Below are positions 54,355-64,000 of a DNA stretch of 64,000 nucleotides, piece by piece (within the stretch, counting starts at the first letter, position 1; every line of letters starts with the position of its first letter). The DNA is from Macrostomum lignano (Eukaryota): assembly GCA_002269645.1 (NCBI GenBank), contig NIVC01002026.1:124001-188000 (forward strand), written 5' to 3'. A model generated the notes under the pieces. That model worked only from the letters and a program-made list of their open reading frames with translations. It was not told the DNA's origin and did no database searches. The position numbers and the translations under genes were made by a program.

Positions 54355-55190
54355 AACAGTCTGTCCCCTCCCCTACTACCTGTCCCAACTTGTCCCTAAC
54401 CTGGCAACCTACCTGTCCATCTGTCCCCAAACCTGTCCACCTACTCGTATTTGTCTCCTACCTGTCTCTCTTGTCCATCTAACTTTTTACCTTACCTGTC
54501 TCCTAGTTGTCCCATTGTCCCAAACATGTCCACCTGTCTCTACCCAACCTGTCCAACTGTCTCTACCTAACCTGTCCACCTGTCTCTACCCAACCTGCCC
54601 AACTGTCTCTACCCAACCTGTCCATCTCTACCCAACCTGTCCACCTGTCTCAACCCAACCTGTCCACCTGTCTCTACCCAACCTGTCCATCTCTACCTAA
54701 CCTGTCCACCTGTCTCTACCCAACCTGTCCACCTGTCTCAACCCAACCTGTCCATCTGTCTCTACCCAACCTGTCCATCTCTACCCAACCTGCCCAACTG
54801 TCTTTACCCAACCTGTCCACCTGTCTCTACCCAACCTGTCCACCTGTCTCTACCCAACCTGTCCACCTGTCTCTACCTAACCTGTCCACCTGTCTCTACC
54901 CAACCTGCCCAACTGTCTCTACCCAACCTGTCCACCTGTCTCTACCCAACCTGCCGAACTGTCTCTACCCACCCTGTCCACCTGTCTCTACCCAACCTGT
55001 CCACCTGTCTCTACCCAACCTGCCCAACTGTCTCTACCCACCCTGTCCACCTGTCTCTACCCAACCTGTCCACCTGTCTCTACCCAACCTGTCCACCTGT
55101 CTCTACCCACCCTGTCCACCTGTCTCTACCCAACTTGTCCACATGTCTTTACTCAACCTGTCCACCTGTCTCTGCCTAACCTGTCCACCC
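54355..55190. repeat. ~23-bp minisatellite in epsin intron 1
   Basis: Unit CTGTCCACCTGTCTCTACCCAAC. Confidence 0.93.
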
Positions 55191-55194
55191 TCAC

Positions 55195-55691
55195 CTGTCC
55201 GGCGGCCTGTCCTCAGAGCTGAAACCGCCACCGTGCCTGAGCCTCTCCTTGGCCTTGATAGCGCTCTGCCTCTCAGCTTTCAACTTCTCATCGTCTTTAA
55301 GCAAAGCTACCAGATGCTTGGCTTTCTCGCGCACATTCAATCCGTGATCTTTGGCCTCCTCTGTGTACTGGAAATCCCGCAACGATTGGATAGCAAACAG
55401 ATTCTCTTTGCACTGCTGGGCCACCTTCTCACTGCCAGTTTTGATAATGTACTCCAGCAGCACCAGGGCTTTGTAAACGTGACGCCAGTTCTTATTTTTA
55501 TCATTCAATCGTTTCCAAATCATCGACATAATTTCAGTGTAGGCCATCACATTGTTTGTCATGTCGGATATTTCCGACATCAAAGTACTTGATGGACCCC
55601 ATGGATCGTTTGACGTGGCTTCGCGAACTTTCACCTGGGCATCCGAATAATTATGAACAATGTTCTTGAAATTGCGCTTAATGGTTGCCAT
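55195..55691 (-). CDS. EPN2: Epsin exon 1 (ENTH domain); co-ortholog of vertebrate EPN1/2/3
   Basis: MATIKRNFKNIVHNYSDAQVKVREATSNDPWGPSS...KNWRHVYKALVLLEYIIKTGSEKVAQQC; AG|GTGAG donor, phase 2. Confidence 0.95.
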
Positions 55692-55754
55692 CAATCAGCA
55701 GGGCTGCAAGACCAATTAGTAGATAGAAATAAATAAATAGATTAATTAACTAAA

Positions 55755-55965
55755 CGCCTGCATATGGCTGTTCAGTCCAAGGACTGGAGGGTCGCCACAC
55801 ACCCTCAATTACCCCAGCTAATGCTGGCACCCATTTTACAGCTGGGTGAACTGAAGCAATGCAGAGTTAAGTGTCTTGCTCAATGACACAAATTGTTTCA
55901 AGTGGGATTGGGAATCGAACCCCAGACCTTTCAGTTGTGAGTCCAACATTTTAAGCACTAGGGTA
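55755..55965 (-). mobile_element. tRNA-derived CORE-type SINE, copy 3 (3' part shortened)
   Basis: Aligns with copies 1 and 2 over head and CORE. Confidence 0.78.
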
Positions 55966-58900
55966 CAACCCCTTATAAATGTTTAGAACTGAATTTTAAT
56001 TATATTCAGCTTGGAAAGAACAATTGCCAATTTAGTAGCTGGAGTCCAAAATTTAAGATGCCAAAGTTAAAGTTAATTTGCCATGACATATTCTGAGAAA
56101 AAATTAATGGGATTGGGAAATCATACTTTTATACATGCTTAATTTCTATCTGGGAGATTCAGATTTGCTTGGGCTAAAGATTAAATTATTTCTGATACTA
56201 TAATTAAAATGCCATTTTGACAAATGTAAAAAATTTGTGTAATATTAAAGACAAAATATGTCAAATTTAGATTCATGATCAAGAGCTCTATCTTGAAGAA
56301 ATTTTCAAGGACTAAATAACGTATACTGTTTATACCTTCATTTCTATGTTATTAAATAATATTGTTTTAGCATTGATAACCTACAAAACTTTTAAATATT
56401 GCCATTAGTCATTTTATTATCTTAGAGGAAAATCTAAACAAGCTCACAATGAATGATTTCTGCATACTGACCACTGATGAGTGCTTTTCTGCCATTGACA
56501 CATGAGTTGGCATGTTGGAATCCCATTGTTGATTGACTATTAAGTTGCATCATAAATTTGAATGAGTGCACAGAGAGGGGTCAAGGGGGCAAAGCCTCCT
56601 TGCGGGGTGTGGGGGCAGTGCCCCTACATACTAACATAAAGAAGTTTTATCAAAATGTTGCACTTATCAAAATAATTGACTATGTAAGAGGGCCCCCCTT
56701 CTCAAAGGAAGTGGGTGTCAGACAAAGAGGCATGGCTAAAAGTAAAAAATATTTCATGGCAGATACAGTGAGGGCTTGGGGGGAGGTAGGTCTAGGAAAT
56801 GATCCATAATTGATGGCTGTGAAATGTACAATGAGCGAGATGGCCTGAAAAAGTTCATTAAATTCCATGATAATATACTCTTTAAAATAAATCATACAAA
56901 TAAAGCTTATGCAGGAATGACATCTTGCACACATAAGTGTGCAGGAATAAAATCTTGCACATGTGGTCAATAGACAATGTAGAGGGAACATGAGTATTAA
57001 TATAGCATATATAATATAGCTCTTATATTGTCAATATATTTATTTTCTAAATCTAAGTTTAAGACATATTTTAGAAAATTCAAGATGATACATAGCATTT
57101 TCATAGAACAAAAAAACATAGGATAAATATATATGTATAATACCTAGCCAAGCTGCCTAATCCTGCTAACTAACAATTGGGTTCAACTAAGGTAAGTCAC
57201 AAAAATGCCTATTTAAACACAATGTAGATAGTACTAATTAGATGATTAAGACATTTAGCCTTAATAACATAGTTATATAGTTATTCTTGCCATTTATCTT
57301 AGGCTTAGGTTTCTTTCATAAGAAAGATTTATCTTTGGTAAAAAATTGCATATCTAGTATAGATCAAGGCCAAAGGGGTTGTAATATACTAGGCTATGGT
57401 ATAGGAAAAAGGATATGCACAAATCTCCATGTTCATTCTTAGATTCCATCTTTCTATGTTAACTTTCTTAAAGCATTTGATTGCATATTTAAAATTGCTA
57501 TTATATTTTTATAGATAGTATAAATTTAACTATAAATGTGGCTTCATTATTTTAAACAATTGATATATTAGGTCCTATGTTAGAATATGGGTCTTAGCCA
57601 CTTTAGCAACAAGACATTTTGGTAAAAATAATTACTTTATTGGCAATTAATTTAATAACCAAGACAGTGGACATTTGGCAAATAAACCTATGTATTAAAT
57701 TAACAATTGAATAAAAATTTACTTGATAAGTAGTTTATATTTATTTGAATTTTATATCAAGGAATCAAATATAAGATAAACTAGGTCTATACATATCTAG
57801 GCCTTAGACCTATTCAAACAAAAAAAATGTTTTTAGCTAGAATGCTACTTTCTATAATATAGTAAGCCTAGTCTAGAATAGGTCCATATACTTATACAAA
57901 CTTTTTTATATTTCTAGCTTTGTTTTATTGCACAATGACTTGAATTTAAGCTACAGGCACTGAGTTGCAATAGATTATAAGTCTATCTAGAAATCTGTTA
58001 GGCCTATTTTTGAATAGTGTTAAATAACTATTGAAAGTTACTTTTTGAAATAACTCCTGGTTAAATAACTTCCTGTTCCAAGGAAAATAACTTCTGGCAC
58101 TTGTTCTAGTACTGGCTCATTCCATTTAAGCACGGTCGTAACATGACAGACTATTTTTACTTATAAAATGAAATATAATAATAGAATATACTAAACCAAT
58201 ATTTAAATGAAAGATAATTTTGTCAAGAATATTTTTATAGAGTTTCATGTAGATATCATCATTAGTATAGATGCTATTAAACCTTGAATGACACTTATGG
58301 TCGTAACAACAGGATTTTTGACATATAGAAACTAAAAGGTAAAAGTCTTATAACATTTTTTATTTTTGATATTTTGCAATACATTTTTTTAAATTTGACT
58401 AACAACATCTTCAGTAATCATACTCTTTTTGTAGAATATATAAACTCAAAAGGCAACAAAGATACAAAAGAAAAGGCAGCCTTATGGTCATAACATTATG
58501 GTCTTAACATATTTTTTTCTGTCAATTCAGTAACTTTGAGGTACCAATATATTAAAAATATAATAGATTATTTGGTCACCAATACTTTTATCTGATGATG
58601 CAACTGCAAGTACTATACTTTTATCATCTATAGTTTGTTTCAACCTTCCAAAGCTTTCTATTTATTTTTAAAAGGTACACAAACTTAATGATGTCTTTTG
58701 CTTAGAAAAATGTCCAAATTTTTACAAAAATGACTTTTTGCCACTTGATAACATACTAATCCAACATTTTATCATTTATTTATTCTTAGATTGTAGATAT
58801 TACACATAAAAAACATTTGGTAAAAAAAATTGGCTGATAAGGCAATGGCAAGCAAAAATATTGACTTTTTTCTATTTTCCAAAAATGTTCATCTTATATG

Positions 58901-61299
58901 GAATGAGCCTACTGGTACTTTTTATAAAAAGTAAGTTCTGGTCCTGGATGGAATTCTTGCAGAAAAATCACAACGCGTTATGCGATTGCACGAAAAAAAT
59001 GCGATTTTGCGTCAAAAAATCCAGAAAAAATGCGTTGTAGAATTTCAGACAAAATTGCTAATGCTTAATATATGCAAAAGTGCGCTTGAGATATTGGATT
59101 TTGCAAAAGATAATCCTACTAGCTAAGATCACAAAGAAAAAAAGAATAAAAAGTAAAAACTAAATAAGGCACAAAAGTAAAAATTTGAAAAAATTCCATA
59201 AAAAGTAGAAACTTGTAACATTTGATCTCTAACATATGTATTTAAACGAAAATTCAAATCACTACATTTTCTTAGAATGCATTTTTTGTTATTGTCTTAT
59301 GATTCTAACTCTTTAGAAGAATATATAGAGATAATTTTTGCCAAATAAGTGTCACAATGAGTAGAATACTTTAGATTCAAATGACTTACTTTGTTTGTGT
59401 GGGTCATTCTCATTTCTATCATTTTAGGCCTAATTATAGTATTGTATTATACTAGGCTTATTTACTTGGCAAGGCCACGAAGTAAGTGCTATTAGAAAGA
59501 ATGGCGCAATGAGCAAAATTGCCATGGCCAACTTTAGGGACACAAGCAACAAGCCATAGGCAGCTGCAGCCAGCCCCTGCCAACTGGTAATGCAGATCTG
59601 CTGGATGGCACAAGGGACTGTGAGGTTCAAAATCAAATCACTGGACCCTAGTTAAACCAAATGTGCACAACAATAGCTCCTCTAACCCTTGCAGATGCAC
59701 TATTCTGGGCAAATCTGCGCTAGCGTGCACATTTTGATAGGGCCTAGTAACCTAACTTAATTGGCTTGCCTATTGCTATATTGTTGTTGTTGTGCTATAG
59801 TTTTATATAGCAGCTATACTTTAATAGTAGTGTAAGTATAATTATGTACTGTTGATTTATTTAGAATTAATGATAATCCTCTGGCAGCCTTGGAAACACC
59901 AGTTAACAATTGTCAATTAGGTAAAGATGTTAAAGAAAGGATGTTTGTTTTAAAAGTTGCAATTGTTGCCTTGAAATAACTCTAGACTATACTGTGAATA
60001 GAAAAAATGTTTATAGCCATCCAATATAAACTAATCTATATTACTTACTCACATTGGTCCCAGAAGGATTGTAGATTTTAGTTAATATAGGCCCTAGGCC
60101 TAATGAAGTAAAACGAAACTTTAAAAATTTTTTTTATAAAAAATTCAATTCACTCTCAATAAAAAAGTATATGTAGATTAGGCCTACAGCTCTTTTATTT
60201 TATGTTAGATAGTTTCATAAATATTAGCTAAAAATGCATGATTAATTGATTGTCATTGTCACAGTAGTCAGTCAGTGTCAGTGTCAGTCGAATTAGATTA
60301 TTAGCTAGGCGGCTAGGCCCTAAAAATATAATTATAGCTGTCAGTAGGAACTGTAGAATTAGATAGGCCTAGGCCGATAAAACTGTCTGGTACTTTACTT
60401 TAAATTCATATGAATACTGGGGGTGGGTTTATGGTAGGCCTAAACAACTTCACTGATGGTCGGTCAACGCCTTTTCCGGTCAACGCCTGGCCTGATCGAC
60501 TGACACTGACTGGCTCACTCGGTAGTAGTCAGTACGATAATTTTTAAAAACCCGTAATTTTAACGATGTAACAATACATAAATTTCAAAAATAATGATAA
60601 TACTCTTTACTCTAATACACTAACGACGGGTTTTGTCTGACAAAAATATTTTAATCATTTTATGCCCGATTGCACGTAAAATATCTTAATGTTTTAAAAA
60701 AGGCTCCATTCATCATCCTCCCTGCTTCATCGAGTCAGCAATTATGTGCAAGTCTCAATCTTAGATTATTTGAGATTATAGCTACATGTACAGCAAGCCA
60801 ATCTTATTTTTAGAAAACTAGTAGCATTAGTCTTCGACTGAAAGCAAATTATAAAATTCAGCCAACCTTCTGATTCGAATCTGATTCAGACTGATAGGAT
60901 TTGAACTCTTTAATTACTAGCTTTTGAGGTAGAAATTCAATCCAATAGTGAACTAGTGTAGGTACATGTACCTAGCACTGATCTTTTTGTTCCGATCCAG
61001 AGGTGCATATATATGTATATATCCTGAATTGCGTTGCGAAAAAGGAGAAAGCGCCAATATAAGTTCGATCATTAAAGTTTTCTCGTTTATTCGTCGCAAG
61101 CTGGCCATTAAGAATCATTATAGCGCGGTAATTATACTTTAAGGGCGCGTCGCCGAACCGGAGAGGGGACAGGGGACATGTTCCCCCCCCCCCCCCCAGT
61201 AAAATATCTGGCGGGACATGCCAATGCTTTGTCCCCCTACAACACCTTGTGACCCGTTATGGAAATCAATAATTTTGCTGCAGGGCGACAAAACATACA

Positions 61300-62185
61300 T
61301 GTAGCACCTGCGGCGCTATAAATGACTGCCTGCGGCGCCAAAATAATGACTGCCTGCTGCGGCGCTAAAATAAGTTCCTGTGGTTCTAAAAGAAGTGCCT
61401 GCGGCGGCCAAAATGACGGGGTAAATGAGTGCCTGGGGCGCTAAAATGAGTGCCTGGGGCGCTAAAATGAGTGTCTGGGGCGCTAAAATGAGTGTCTGGG
61501 GCGCTAAAATGAGTGTCTGCTGTTCTGTTGTAGCTACAAAAAAATCAATAAAACGAGCCTAGGGGCTGTTTACGCGGGTTTGTGCCAGACGTTCACTGTA
61601 AGAATAAAGAGCTAGAATATTCTTACTCCGCGCGCAGGGCGGAGGGGTTTTATTTTAGCATTAGAAAACTGGACCACATCATAGTGTTCCCCAAAGTTCG
61701 CATAGTTGCTTCCAGTTATTTTTAGCCTCCCGCTATAAGTATGGGGTGGCCATGAAAGGCCGTTTAACTCCCCAGTTAGTCATTTTCAATACACAGCACC
61801 TGCGGCGCCAAAAAGAGTGCCTGCGGCAGCCAAAATAACTGCCTGCGGCGCCAAAAAGAGTGCCTGCGGCAGCCAAAATGACTGCCTGCGGCGCCAAAAA
61901 GAGTGCCTGCGGCAGCCAAAATAACTGCCTGCGGCGCCAAAAAGAGTGCCTGCGGCAGCCAAAATGACTGCCTGCGGCGCTAAAATGAGTGCCTGCTGCG
62001 GCGCTAAAATAAGTGTCTGCGGCACCAAAATGAGTGCCTGCGTCGCTAAAATGAGTGCCTGCGTCGCTAAAATGAATGCCTGCGGCGCCAAAATGAGTGC
62101 CTGCGACGTTAAAATGAGTGCCTGCGGCGCTAAAATGAGTGCCTGCGGCGCTAAAATGAGTGCCTGCGGCGCTAAAATGAGTGCT
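61300..62185. repeat. GGCGCC-family minisatellite (inverse of 15112-15660), split by a 273-bp unrelated segment
   Basis: CCTGCGGCGC(C/T)AAAATGAGTG units at 61300-61520 and 61795-62185. Confidence 0.88.
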
Positions 62186-62810
62186 GACAACAGCGATTCT
62201 GAAAATAAGGACATGTAGGAGTTTAGTGATTTACATATACATGTAGAAATTCTTGGCTTTTTCCCTCACCATAAAATCCATGGCGACGCCCCTGTTGGTC
62301 AAGTTATGAGCAGTCGACCAACATATAGCAACGTAGCTCAGAATCTAATCAGTCCTCATCATCAACATGGGGCAATTTGCATGAGTATCGAAAATCGATC
62401 ATTGTAAATATATGTACATGCATGCATACTTAAATCTTAGTGCAATCTACGTACATGTATGCTGTAGTATTCCGGATCAAGGACTACTTAACGAAGTGAC
62501 TTCAGTGGTCCTTGTTCGGAATGTGTATAAGAATGTATAAACGACTGACTGCAGTGGACCTGACCTCACAGATATTCATGCATGCATTGATGTCCTATCT
62601 CATCAGTAAATTCTCTGAGAACCACTGTAGTTTTTAACAAAGAAATGAAATAGAAAATGCACATCATGACGTATTGCTGAACGTAATTAATTACCCATTT
62701 TATTCGATTTTTTTGTTTTAAATATTGATGGCTTAAGTAATTTTTCTGAAGCCCATGCAGTTCATGAGCGCGAGTCTACACATAGCGTGTCACTCAATTA
62801 GTTAGGATAT

Positions 62811-63038
62811 CTAGCTCCTGGTCTGACACAGGATGGAGAGCCGGGCGGTCCTGGGGTCAGACTGGTCCAGCAGACTCATGGAGTCGCACAGCAGGCCGAG
62901 GCCCATCTGGATCACTTTGTCGAGATCTTGGCTCAGCTCGGCGGCGTTGCGAGCGCCACGCTGAGCGGCCATGACGGAGGGCGTCGAGCAGAGCAGCAGA
63001 GCGAGCAACAGCAGGGAGAGCGCGGCTGTGCGGATCAT
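62811..63038 (-). CDS. Small secreted protein/peptide precursor (75 aa, 2 Cys in mature part)
   Basis: GC-rich single-exon ORF in AT-rich surroundings; MIRTAALSLLLLALLLCSTPSVMA has a classical n/h/c signal-peptide layout; no recognised family. Confidence 0.6.
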   Translation of the reverse strand: MIRTAALSLLLLALLLCSTPSVMAAQRGARNAAELSQDLDKVIQMGLGLLCDSMSLLDQSDPRTARLSILCQTRS

Positions 63039-63599
63039 GGCGGTGTAGTCAGCTTTTTAGAATTTCGAGTCCGGCTTTATAAGATTACTTGGAGATTGCT
63101 TTGGAGTCAGTTCGACTTCTTGCTCCTGGGATCTGCGCAGCTCGCTGACTATTTGTAGGATCTTCTGACCGGAAGCAATCACGCAAAAATTGGTCTAAAT
63201 TTTTTTGTTTGAATTGCCTTTCTTTACAGACAGCGTTCAGGTGCACGATTTTCAAGCCAGCAGTGATTTGCATTACAGTTTATTGCTAGCTTTTTTAGTC
63301 GTTTTTAGGCACACACACGTTGAATTGCCACGTCAGATTTTGCCAATTTTTTCGAGCAGGTCTAAATTAGTGACATGGTCTACTAGCAGTCCGTGTTTTT
63401 TAATGTCGCAACAATGCTGACTTGCAACTTGTAGAATAGATTTAGGGGTACTCTAGAAACCTTATGGTACATGTAAATTGACATGATGGCTGTGGAAATT
63501 ATGTTAATGTAAGCTACGTGTAGGACAAGGATTAGCCATGTTTACCACGGAGCAGACTTATTTTGACAGCTACAGTACACGTACCCACCAATTAAAGAC

Positions 63600-64000
63600 G
63601 CCCAACAAGAGACAGGGGTGCCCACCTAGAGAGGGCACTCACAAAAAGACAGGGACCCCAACCATGAGACCGAAGCATCCACTATAATACAGGGGCCCCA
63701 ACCAAGAGACAGAGGCGCCCACCAATAGACAGGGGCACTCACCAATAGACAGGGGCACTCACCAATAGACAGGGGCACTCACCAATAGACAGGGGCACTC
63801 ACCAATAGACAGGGGCACTCACCAATAGACAGGGGCACTCACCAATAGACAGGGGCACTAACCAATAGACAGGGGCACTCACCAATAGACAGGGGCACTC
63901 ACCAATAGACAGGGGCGCTCACCAATAAGACAGGGGCGCCCACCAAGAGACAGGGGCGCCCACCAAGAGACAGGGGCGGCAACCAAGAGACAGGGGCGCC
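63600..64000. repeat. 20-bp tandem ACCAATAGACAGGGGCACTC / ACCAAGAGACAGGGGCGCCC
   Basis: Direct inspection; runs off the window. Confidence 0.93.

Noticed and set aside
61521-61793. Possible solo LTR (TG...CA, two AATAAA) splitting the minisatellite
   Set aside because: No 4-6-bp TSD for any TG/CA boundary I tried; left as an unexplained insert.

Overview
Eukaryotic (metazoan) genomic DNA with GT-AG introns. The intronic minisatellite density and GC-rich exons suggest a flatworm such as Macrostomum, but that is inference only. Host genes, all on the minus strand: axonemal outer-arm dynein intermediate chain 2 (DNAI2, 4 exons, 3' end runs off the window); two tandem-duplicated 3-exon Ly6/three-finger GPI-anchored genes; a SAMD1/atherin-like winged-helix + SAM gene; a 7-exon epsin; and a 75-aa secreted-peptide ORF. 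Mobile DNA: a full-length LOA-like LINE with a 13-bp TSD inside DNAI2 intron 3; a ~14-kb Helitron (OTU protease + Rep + PIF1 helicase + RPA70-like gene, TC...hairpin-CTAG ends) interrupted by a young Mag-type Gypsy element; a second Helitron 5' end fused head-to-tail, next to a duplicated epsin intron/exon fragment; three tRNA-derived CORE-SINEs; a 57-bp MITE; a solo LTR; and LINE and piggyBac remnants. Most long introns carry their own minisatellite. All coordinates, splice phases and alignments were worked out by hand.
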